The notes under the pieces are model-generated. The model ran no database searches and was not told where the DNA came from. It worked only from the letters and a program-made list of their open reading frames with translations. A DNA stretch of 64,000 bases, from the NCBI GenBank assembly GCA_038065655.1, contig JBBTQO010000001.1:2517-66516 (forward strand), written 5' to 3'. Below are positions 1 through 7,769 of the stretch, in pieces. The first letter of the stretch is position 1; each line of letters begins with the position of its first letter. The DNA comes from Patescibacteria group bacterium (GTDB lineage Bacteria; Patescibacteriota; Minisyncoccia; Phycocordibacterales; WO2-35-19). The translations under genes and the position numbers were made by a program.

Positions 1-242
1 TTTGGGTAATTCCCATAACATCACAATCAAAGAATGAAAAATTTTATAATAAATTTATATTTGATGAAAAAATATATTTTAGTTGTATTACTCAAATAAG
101 GACATTGAGTACCAAAAGATTTTTAAGAAAAATAGGTATGATGCAAGAAAATGATTTTAATAAAATAATAGATAAAGTGGGGAGTTTCTTAAAAAACGAA
201 ACCCCGCCAAATGACGGAGAATCTCGGAGGCCGAAGCCATAA
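1..242 (+). CDS. PemK/MazF-family endoribonuclease toxin, 3' part (5' end outside window)
   Basis: Open frame from nt 3 (not in ORF track): WVIPITSQSK...SCITQIRTLSTKRFLRKIGMM..., matching the PemK/MazF C-terminal pattern (PxTS ... QIRxxxxKR); stop TAA 240-242. Confidence 0.75.
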   Translation, partial: WVIPITSQSKNEKFYNKFIFDEKIYFSCITQIRTLSTKRFLRKIGMMQENDFNKIIDKVGSFLKNETPPNDGESRRPKP

Positions 243-244
243 TC
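191..244 (-). ncRNA. Candidate small antisense RNA over the toxin 3' end
   Basis: Minus strand GGC-UUCG-GCC hairpin, then a GU-containing stem-loop followed by U6; near-consensus promoter directly upstream. Confidence 0.5.
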
Positions 245-250
245 AAAGAT

Positions 251-278
251 AGTATAGCAAGTACAAAATAAATGTCAA
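251..278 (-). promoter_or_regulatory. Sigma70-type promoter (TTGACA-16 nt-TATACT, extended TG) facing into the toxin gene
   Basis: Plus strand tgtcaa 273-278 and agtata 251-256. Confidence 0.6.
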
Positions 279-2056
279 GAAAAATATTTAAAAAAATAAT
301 AATAGCGATACCTATACTCATCATCACTTTTGTAATGGTTTTTAATTATGAACCGACTGAAATAAAAGCTTTGACAGTGACTGGCTCGCCAAGTGCTGGC
401 GCTGGGGTGGGGGACAGTGGTACCAGTTGCAACAATGCCGACGGGGACTGGGCTAATCCAACTTTTGCCGCTAGTTCCAATAACTCATATACAGATTTTG
501 GTGGAAACTTTTTTGACGCCAATGAAATTTCTGATGAACTGCAAGTCTCTAATCTTGGTTTAGCATTGCCAGCCGGTTCAACTATTGATGGGATTACAGT
601 AGAAATTGAAAAATATGCCGGTGGGGGCGACTTGGCAGTAGATTATGATGTAAGACTGACAAAAACAGCTGGAGTGCAAATCGGTACCAATAAAACTGAT
701 ACGGCGACTAATTGGGCGACTGCAGATCCAAACTCCTATGTCTCATATGGTGGAGCAACTGATAAATGGGGCACGACTTGGACTGAAGCTGAAGTAGAGA
801 CAACAGGTTTTGGTTTGGTTTTTTGTGGCAAATCAAACAACGATGCTAATGTGAATTTATATATTGATCATATTCAAATTACGGTCTACTACACACCAGC
901 AATTTCAGTTGATCTGTCAGGGACGGTTTATCAAAGTAGCGGGGGTTCAAATATTGGGGCAAGTAAAACTATAACAGTTTACAAAAATGGTTCTACCTCT
1001 TTGGGTAGTGATACTACTGATATAAATGGAGCTTGGGCTTTGACCGGGCTCAATATTTCTTCGGGCGATATTATAAATGTATATATAGATGGAGATGCTA
1101 CATATAAAGGGAATACAGTCTTTGTCTCTGACGGCAACAATCAAACTAATGTTGATATTTACGGTAGCACCTTGATTGTTCGCCACGATACGGGAAGCAA
1201 CATAACAAATACAAATCTCTCTACTGCTAGAGTGGGGACTGACGCGAATGATATGGTCTATTCTGTTTCAGGTACAAATTTAACTGCTACTACTAGTGCT
1301 GAAATTCATGTTTGGACGGGGGACACATTTGCACCAGATGGTTTTATTAAAACTAATGGAGCTGTAAGCAATTTGCATATTGACGATAATGCTAGTGTAT
1401 CTCTCTCAACGACCGACAATATTATAAATGGAAATATCACGATTAATACTGGAGCAACACTTACCATATCAGCAGATACCAAACTTGGCGGCAACTTAAC
1501 CAACAACGGCACATTTACCCATAGCGCCAATACTTTGGAATTTATAAATAGCGCTACTCCATCTACTATTTTAAGCGCAACCGATATTTCGTTTAGCACT
1601 CTCAAATCAAGTGCGGCCGGTAAAATTATAAAATTCCAAAAACAAATCGCCGGCTCACCCAAGTTTACCATCACCGGACAATTTAATTTTCAAGGTCTTG
1701 CTGGTAATCCAATCAATATTAGTTCTGATACGTCAGGGACAGAGTGGCATATACATCTAAATTCAAGTCAAAGCAGTGTAAGTAACATCAGAGTCACTGA
1801 TTCGGCTTGCGCCGTTGGTACCAATTCAATATCAGCAAATGCCTCCATCATTGATGGGGGTAATAATGGTAGTTGCTGGGGGATAATAAATGTGAATGCT
1901 CCGCCTGCTGTTGGCGAAAGTCCTGGAGGGGGAGGGGGGACATTGAAAACCGGAGGTGGTCGAGGAGGTCAACAACCATCTGGCGCGACAGCAGATGGTG
2001 GCGGAGATTTAGAAACGGGAGGCACTGTTGCCCCGCCGACAGTAATATCACCGTAG
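272..2056 (+). CDS. Secreted/surface protein, S/T/N/G-rich beta-repeat, Gly/Pro-rich tail
   Basis: 594 aa ORF, N-terminal signal/TM segment, beta-solenoid-like composition. Confidence 0.7.
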   Translation: MSRKIFKKIIIAIPILIITFVMVFNYEPTEIKALTVTGSPSAGAGVGDSGTSCNNADGDWANPTFAASSNNSYTDFGGNFFDANEISDELQVSNLGLALPAGSTIDGITVEIEKYAGGGDLAVDYDVRLTKTAGVQIGTNKTDTATNWATADPNSYVSYGGATDKWGTTWTEAEVETTGFGLVFCGKSNNDANVNLYIDHIQITVYYTPAISVDLSGTVYQSSGGSNIGASKTITVYKNGSTSLGSDTTDINGAWALTGLNISSGDIINVYIDGDATYKGNTVFVSDGNNQTNVDIYGSTLIVRHDTGSNITNTNLSTARVGTDANDMVYSVSGTNLTATTSAEIHVWTGDTFAPDGFIKTNGAVSNLHIDDNASVSLSTTDNIINGNITINTGATLTISADTKLGGNLTNNGTFTHSANTLEFINSATPSTILSATDISFSTLKSSAAGKIIKFQKQIAGSPKFTITGQFNFQGLAGNPINISSDTSGTEWHIHLNSSQSSVSNIRVTDSACAVGTNSISANASIIDGGNNGSCWGIINVNAPPAVGESPGGGGGTLKTGGGRGGQQPSGATADGGGDLETGGTVAPPTVISP

Positions 2057-2060
2057 AAGA

Positions 2061-2096
2061 AATAGGACCAATAAGACCTATCAGTCCTATTTGACT
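2061..2096. repeat. Degenerate 9-mer tandem array
   Basis: aataggacc aataagacc tatcagtcc tatttgact; similar units at 18283-18327. Confidence 0.55.
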
Positions 2097-2153
2097 TAAC
2101 AAAATTTTTAAATTTTATGATAAAATATTAGTATATTAATATATATAACTACT

Positions 2154-2642
2154 ATGAATGAAATTAGATTTAGTCAACCAGTTAGAGAAACTCCACCAGT
2201 AGAAAGTTCTTTGCCACAACCACCCAAAACTCCTTTTTTAAAAACTTTCTTTAAAATTGTCGGCTTGATTGTTGTTTTTGGTTTGATCATTTATGGAGCA
2301 ATACTTGTAAAGGGCAATTTTTTGGATAACTCAATTGAGGCTAGAAGTTCTTCTTACAGCGCCGTGTTTCTCATAAACGGGCAAGTTTATTTTGGCAAAA
2401 TGGTTAAAAATAATAATGAAGAAATAGTTTTAAATGATGTGTATTATCTTCAAGTAAACTCCGACAATCTTTCGGGAGGTCAGACAAATGCTCTAAACCA
2501 ATCGACCTTTAATTTGGTCAAACTGGGCAATGAACTTCATGGCCCAACCGATGAACTCTTTGTCAATAAAACGCAGGTTATATTTTATGAATATTTGAAA
2601 GATGATAGCAAAGTAGTGCAGTCTATAAAAAACTATAAATAA
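2154..2642 (+). CDS. Single-TM conserved hypothetical protein (CPR type)
   Basis: 162 aa, TM then YSAVFLxNGQVYFGK ... LVKLGNELHGP motif. Confidence 0.75.
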   Translation: MNEIRFSQPVRETPPVESSLPQPPKTPFLKTFFKIVGLIVVFGLIIYGAILVKGNFLDNSIEARSSSYSAVFLINGQVYFGKMVKNNNEEIVLNDVYYLQVNSDNLSGGQTNALNQSTFNLVKLGNELHGPTDELFVNKTQVIFYEYLKDDSKVVQSIKNYK

Positions 2643-2644
2643 TA

Positions 2645-2661
2645 CAGAAGGTGCCTTTCTG
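2645..2661. repeat. REP-like palindrome, family A (CAGAAGG-TGC-CYTTCTG), upstream of RAYT-1
   Basis: cagaaggtgcctttctg; copies at 2848, 3350, 9132/9165 and 16611/16644. Confidence 0.8.
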
Positions 2662-2689
2662 CAATTTACAATATATATAGAATAGGGGA

Positions 2690-3349
2690 ATGAGAAATAG
2701 AGATTATAAAATTTTTGCTCCAGATAGTTATTATCACGTATTTAATCGTGGAAATGCCAAAATGAAAATTTTTCTAGACCAGGAAGATTACAGATTTTTT
2801 CTTTGGCGTTTAAAAGAAAACTTATTTCCTGAACAAGTTGAAAAAAACAGAAGGGCACCTTCTGCAAATCTCCCAAAAGAAAGATATGTTCGCAAACTTC
2901 TACCGCCCAATTCGTTCAGTTTGATATGCTATTGTCTTATGCCGAATCATTTTCATCTTTTAATTAGGCAAAATTCTAAAATAAAAATAAGCGAACTAAT
3001 GCTTCGTGTTTGTGGTAGTTATGCAAAGTATTTTAATAAAAAATATGATCGTGTTGGGTCACTTTTTCAAGATCAATTCAAGGCTACTTTGGTAAACAAA
3101 AATAATTATTTGCTTTGGTTATCTGCGTATATACACGAAAATCCTCGAAAAGGAAAACTGGTAGATGAATTGGGGGATTGGGAATGGAGTAGTTACCTGG
3201 ATTATACGAGTCAAAAGCAAGGTGGTTTCTGTGAAAAGGAAATAATACTGGATCAATTAAACTCTAATGGTTACAAGGCATTCGTTAATCAGAATTTTGG
3301 TAAAAAAAGAGCTATAGAATTAAATGCTTTTCTTTTAGATTTTGAATAG
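2690..3349 (+). CDS. REP-associated tyrosine transposase (RAYT, Y1 HUH / IS200-like), RAYT-1
   Basis: YYHVFNRGN, LMPNHFHLL (HUH), YIHENP (catalytic Tyr), WSSY motifs. Confidence 0.9.
   Translation: MRNRDYKIFAPDSYYHVFNRGNAKMKIFLDQEDYRFFLWRLKENLFPEQVEKNRRAPSANLPKERYVRKLLPPNSFSLICYCLMPNHFHLLIRQNSKIKISELMLRVCGSYAKYFNKKYDRVGSLFQDQFKATLVNKNNYLLWLSAYIHENPRKGKLVDELGDWEWSSYLDYTSQKQGGFCEKEIILDQLNSNGYKAFVNQNFGKKRAIELNAFLLDFE
2848..2864. repeat. Family A palindrome inside the RAYT-1 coding sequence (encodes NRRAPSA)
   Basis: cagaagggcaccttctg, inverted relative to the flanking copies. Confidence 0.8.
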
Positions 3350-3370
3350 TACAGAAGGTGCCCTTCTGTA
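3350..3370. repeat. Family A palindrome downstream of RAYT-1
   Basis: tacagaagg-tgc-ccttctgta, perfect 9-bp arms immediately after the stop codon. Confidence 0.85.
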
Positions 3371-3460
3371 TGGTGTTTTTATCCACTGTTTTTGCTTGAT
3401 AAAAAACCTAGATTTGCCAAAATATAGTTAGATTTATCAGTAGGTTATTAGTTAATAATA

Positions 3461-3607
3461 GTCTTTTCAAAGCTCCTTATTTTAGGAAGAAAAAAGAATC
3501 CGGATCTTTTTGCAGGTTTGCCGTCCTCGCTAAGCGGGGCACAGGCGAACGGAAAGAGATGGAATGCTGTTTTTTCTTCTTTTAAAACAAGAGGGAATAG
3601 GAAGGAC
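3461..3607 (+). ncRNA. Long rod-like hairpin (structured leader or ncRNA candidate)
   Basis: Nested complementary segments gtctttt/gaaggac, aggaagaaaaaa/ttttttcttctt, atctttt/aaagagat, gtttgcc/ggcgaac, with G-U pairs favouring the + strand. Confidence 0.45.
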
Positions 3608-3616
3608 CCAAATAAT

Positions 3617-6067
3617 ATGGAACAAAATGTGGAGGCTCAAGTGAGCCAAAATAGTTCGGGTATGCCTGCGCATACAGGAAATGTGCTAGTCAAAAAACTG
3701 GGAGTTATTCTTTCGGTTTTTGTTTTTTTAATACCGGTGTTTTTTATGCCGGTAGCAGGAATTAGTTTGTATGTGGCTAAAATAACTCTCCTCGCAACGG
3801 GGCTGGTAGCCATGTTTTCAGTTTTTCTCTCCTCGGTCCTTTCAACCGGAGTGATTGAAATGCCTAAAGTTAAGTACCTTATACCCCTCAGTCTTTTTGC
3901 GGTAATAGCGCTAATATCATCAATACTCTCTGGGACGATTGAGTCCTCAATTGCAGGGGACATCTTTGATCCGGGTACTTCAGGTTTTATTTTGATGTTG
4001 GTTTTTTCGCTATTTCTGACGGTAGTGTCAGTTAGAAATATTGGTACGGTCGGCAAGGTGATGACGGCTTTTATTTATTCCACTATCGCTTTGGCGGTTT
4101 ACACATTGTTAGGAACATTTGGCTCATCACTGTTGCCAGAAGCTCTCGCTTCAAGAATGCCCATTTTCCTTTCCGGAGGTCTCATTGATACGGCTATAAT
4201 ATTTGGTGCGGCTGTCATACTCTCTCTTTGCGCTCTCAACATGACTGAAATATCCAAAAGAATGAGATACATTCTTTTGACTTTGATCGCTTTTTCTCTA
4301 CTGTTTATTGGCGCTGCCAATTTTTTGCCCGTAGTCGTGATGCTTGGCGTAGTTTCTCTAGTTTTCTTTGTCTATATTTTGTCATGGTCATTTGGCAGTC
4401 GCAGTGGATCGGGGGATGACTATATGCAAAATGCTTCAAATGGTGAAGGCGTTTATCAAGAAAATCCTGAGACCCACCAGAAAAAGATTTCTCTTTCATC
4501 GCTCGTGGTGCTCATTGCCATGGTGGTCCTTATCTTGGGCGGTTCAAGTATTGGTGGTTATCTTTCAAGAGTAATGAAAGTGCAATCAACCGAAATCAGA
4601 CCAAATTTTGAAACTACAATGAATTTGGCGATGAGCTCGTGGAAGCAAAATTTTGCTCTTGGTATCGGTCCAAATCGTTTTGCTTCATTCTGGGCTTCAC
4701 ACAAGCCGGTAGAAATTAATCAGACTCAATTTTGGAATTCAGATTTTTATACCGGCTCCGGTTTTGTACCGACTCTCGCTATCACTACCGGACTTCTCGG
4801 TTTACTCTCTTTGCTCGCATTTATCGTGATGTATATGATGAGTGGTATAAAAGCCATTTTCGCTCAAGCCAATGCGGGGCGTTCTAGATATCTTGCCACG
4901 GCTTCTTTCCTAGTTTCTCTTTATTTGTGGGTAATGCTTATTCTTTATACACCAAGCATTGCCGTCCTTGTCTTGGCTTTTGTTTTCACCGGTCTATTTA
5001 CTGTCACCCTAGTTCCTCAGGGGATTGTTGGTCTTTGGAGAATAAATATATTCTCAAATCCTAAAACTAATTTTCTTTCTGTTTTGACTACTGTGATTTT
5101 GCTTATAATGTCTGTGGCTGGCGGTTACTTTGTTTGGGAGAGAGCGGCCGCATCATATGTTTTCCAAAATGGCGTCTTGGAATATCAAAAGACGGGTAAT
5201 GCGGTTCTCGTCAAAGAATCAATAGTCAAATCCATCAATTTAGTTTCCAGAGATGTTTATTGGCGTGGCTTGGCTGAAATTTCTATGACTGATCTTGGTG
5301 TAGTTTTGGGAAAAATAACAAATCAAAATCAAATCACAGATACCGTCAGGACCGAAGCCCAGACTTTGATGGCCAATGCAGTTGAATCAGCTAAAAAAGC
5401 AGTAGAAATTGACAGAAGTAGTTTTCAAAACTGGTTTGCTTTGGCTAGAGTTTATGAAATCCTGGCTTCTAATGGTATAGAAGGATCATTAGATAGCGCT
5501 CGCGCTGCTTATGCTGAGGCGGCTTTGCGCTCGCCAAGCAATCCTTCGGTGCCACTTGCCGTCGCTAGATTGGACGCTATGGCTGGTAAAATTGATGATG
5601 CTAGAGCGAATATAATAAAAGCTTTGGAACTTAAGAATAATTACACTGATGCTTATTTTACTTTAGCTCAACTTGAAGTTGGGGCTAACAATATTCCAGC
5701 AGCTATAAGGTCAGTCGAGGCGGCCACTGTAGTAGAACCAAACAACGCGGGTCTTTTCTTCCAATTGGGTCTGCTCAAATATAATCAAAGAGACTTTGTT
5801 GGAGCTATTGGGGCGTTTGAAAGGTCAGTTACACTAGTCCCAGATTATGCTAATGCCAAATATTTCCTCGGGCTTTCTTATTATCAATCAAATAAAAAGG
5901 AAGATGCTCTAAAGCAATTTGAAGAAATTGGTGTCTCTAATCCAGATAATGAAGAAATAAAAACGATTCTGGCCAATCTGAGGGCGGGTAAGGCAATTTT
6001 CCAAGATGAGAAACCACCAGTTAGTACTCCAGAAAAAAGAACTGAACCGCCTATAAAGGAGGAATAA
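3617..6067 (+). CDS. Polytopic membrane protein (O-antigen ligase-like) with C-terminal TPR repeats
   Basis: Many TM helices, GIGPNRF motif, TPR-like helical repeats; ATG 3617 preferred over TTG 3518. Confidence 0.8.
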   Translation: MEQNVEAQVSQNSSGMPAHTGNVLVKKLGVILSVFVFLIPVFFMPVAGISLYVAKITLLATGLVAMFSVFLSSVLSTGVIEMPKVKYLIPLSLFAVIALISSILSGTIESSIAGDIFDPGTSGFILMLVFSLFLTVVSVRNIGTVGKVMTAFIYSTIALAVYTLLGTFGSSLLPEALASRMPIFLSGGLIDTAIIFGAAVILSLCALNMTEISKRMRYILLTLIAFSLLFIGAANFLPVVVMLGVVSLVFFVYILSWSFGSRSGSGDDYMQNASNGEGVYQENPETHQKKISLSSLVVLIAMVVLILGGSSIGGYLSRVMKVQSTEIRPNFETTMNLAMSSWKQNFALGIGPNRFASFWASHKPVEINQTQFWNSDFYTGSGFVPTLAITTGLLGLLSLLAFIVMYMMSGIKAIFAQANAGRSRYLATASFLVSLYLWVMLILYTPSIAVLVLAFVFTGLFTVTLVPQGIVGLWRINIFSNPKTNFLSVLTTVILLIMSVAGGYFVWERAAASYVFQNGVLEYQKTGNAVLVKESIVKSINLVSRDVYWRGLAEISMTDLGVVLGKITNQNQITDTVRTEAQTLMANAVESAKKAVEIDRSSFQNWFALARVYEILASNGIEGSLDSARAAYAEAALRSPSNPSVPLAVARLDAMAGKIDDARANIIKALELKNNYTDAYFTLAQLEVGANNIPAAIRSVEAATVVEPNNAGLFFQLGLLKYNQRDFVGAIGAFERSVTLVPDYANAKYFLGLSYYQSNKKEDALKQFEEIGVSNPDNEEIKTILANLRAGKAIFQDEKPPVSTPEKRTEPPIKEE

Positions 6068-6070
6068 AAA

Positions 6071-6125
6071 GTATTTAAACATTTAAGCATTCAAACAAAG
6101 CCTTATGTTTGAATGCTTTTATGTT
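6071..6125. repeat. 8-mer array with inverted second half (hairpin)
   Basis: gtatttaa acatttaa gcattcaa aca...tgtttgaa tgctttta tgtt. Confidence 0.5.
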
Positions 6126-6136
6126 AATATGTTAGT

Positions 6137-7765
6137 ATGGTAAGGAAAACCTTAAAGGCAATCACCGCTAAAATCAGCGGCTTACACGAGGCCGCTTTTT
6201 GGCTAGCTGGATTTTCCATTTTTTCTCAAGTTTTAGCTTTTTTAAGGGATCGTCTCTTGGCTCATTATTTTGGCGCTGGCCAAGCTTTGGATATTTATTA
6301 CACCGCCTTTCGGATTCCGGATTTTATTTTTGTGACCGCAGGCTCTCTGGTTTCAATTTCTGTGTTGGTGCCTATGTTTTCAAAAAAAGCGGTTGACGGA
6401 AATAGTGATGAGGTGAAGTCTTTTGTTAATTCTATATTTACCAGCTTTTCCATTTTGATTGTAGCCAGTTGTCTGCTGGCCTTTGTCTTTATGCCCCAAA
6501 TAATCCCTTTTTTGTTTAGAGGTTTTGATACAGAAACATTAACTCAAATAATAAAGCTTTCAAGAATATTGCTTTTATCCCCGCTACTGCTTGGGTTTTC
6601 AAATTTTTTTAGCAGTATCGTTCAGTATGAAAAAAGATTTTTATTGTATTCTTTAAGTCCACTTCTTTATAATGTTGGTATTATTGTCGGTACTTTTTTG
6701 GGAGCCAATAATTTTGGGGTGATGGCAGTAGTTTTTGGAGTAATATTGGGGGCAATACTGCATCTGGCAACCCAAGCTGGCTACGTCATTTTTTCTGGTA
6801 ATTCGCCTAAATTGACCACTAAAATAAATTTAAAAGAAGTAAAAGAAACAGCTCTCATTTCTATTCCGAGAGCTTTGGCCCTATCTGTGACTCAAATCAT
6901 CAACATTGTTTTTACAACAGTGGCTTCATTTTTTGGTATTGGCGCTGTGGCGGTCTTTAATTTGGCTCTTAATTTGCAATCAGTGCCACTTTCCATTGTC
7001 GGAGCTAGTTATTCCTTGGCCGCTTTTCCTACTCTTTCTGAACATTTTGCTAAAAAAAATATTAAAGAATGTGGCCGTTATATAAGTGAATCTTTGCGTT
7101 ATATGATTTTTTGGACCTTGCCATTATCGGCTCTTTTTATTATTTTAAGAACTCATATTGTGAGAGTAGTATTGGGTTCCGGTGCTTTTGATTGGACCGA
7201 TACCAAGTTGACCGCCGCTGTAATGTCTATTTTTGCTCTGTCTTTTGTTTTTCAAAGCATTCAACTTTTTTTAACCCGAGCTCACTATGCTCTTAATAAA
7301 ACTAGGGTGCCACTTTTATTAGGATTTTTGGGAGCATTTATTACCATTATTTTAGCTTATTTATTGTATTTTGATTTCTTGTCACCACTCGTAGTCTGGT
7401 TTGAAAAATTTCTTGAAATAGAAAATGTCACTGGATCAAAAATAATTATTTTGCCGATGTCCTTTTCTCTCGGAGCTATGTTCACTTCCATCGGCCTTTG
7501 GTTTTTCCTAGACAAAGAAACAAAATATATAGCCAAAGAAGGTGTTTTTAAAGCTTTTGTAAATGTTTCTTTTGCTTCTGCCGTAATTGGTTTGGTAACT
7601 TTTTATTCTCTAAGAATTTTTGATAATTTCTTCACGCTTGATTCGCTTCCTAATGTTTTCGGGCACGCGTTTATTTCAGGAATGGTGGGGATTTTGGCGG
7701 GGATTGTAGTTTTGTATTTTATTAAAAACAAAGAGTTAAAAGAGGTCATAACTAAATTCCGTTAA
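6137..7765 (+). CDS. murJ: Lipid II flippase MurJ (MviN)
   Basis: RDRLLAHYFGAG..LDIYYTAFRIPD motif, multi-TM protein. Confidence 0.9.
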   Translation: MVRKTLKAITAKISGLHEAAFWLAGFSIFSQVLAFLRDRLLAHYFGAGQALDIYYTAFRIPDFIFVTAGSLVSISVLVPMFSKKAVDGNSDEVKSFVNSIFTSFSILIVASCLLAFVFMPQIIPFLFRGFDTETLTQIIKLSRILLLSPLLLGFSNFFSSIVQYEKRFLLYSLSPLLYNVGIIVGTFLGANNFGVMAVVFGVILGAILHLATQAGYVIFSGNSPKLTTKINLKEVKETALISIPRALALSVTQIINIVFTTVASFFGIGAVAVFNLALNLQSVPLSIVGASYSLAAFPTLSEHFAKKNIKECGRYISESLRYMIFWTLPLSALFIILRTHIVRVVLGSGAFDWTDTKLTAAVMSIFALSFVFQSIQLFLTRAHYALNKTRVPLLLGFLGAFITIILAYLLYFDFLSPLVVWFEKFLEIENVTGSKIIILPMSFSLGAMFTSIGLWFFLDKETKYIAKEGVFKAFVNVSFASAVIGLVTFYSLRIFDNFFTLDSLPNVFGHAFISGMVGILAGIVVLYFIKNKELKEVITKFR

Positions 7766-7769
7766 TTTT

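Noticed and set aside
2645-3370. Repeats as a CRISPR array
   Set aside because: Only short dispersed palindromes; no regular repeat-spacer periodicity and no cas operon
3518-3616. N-terminal extension of the TPR protein from TTG 3518
   Set aside because: Lies within the long hairpin; ATG 3617 has a purine-rich upstream region and is more plausible
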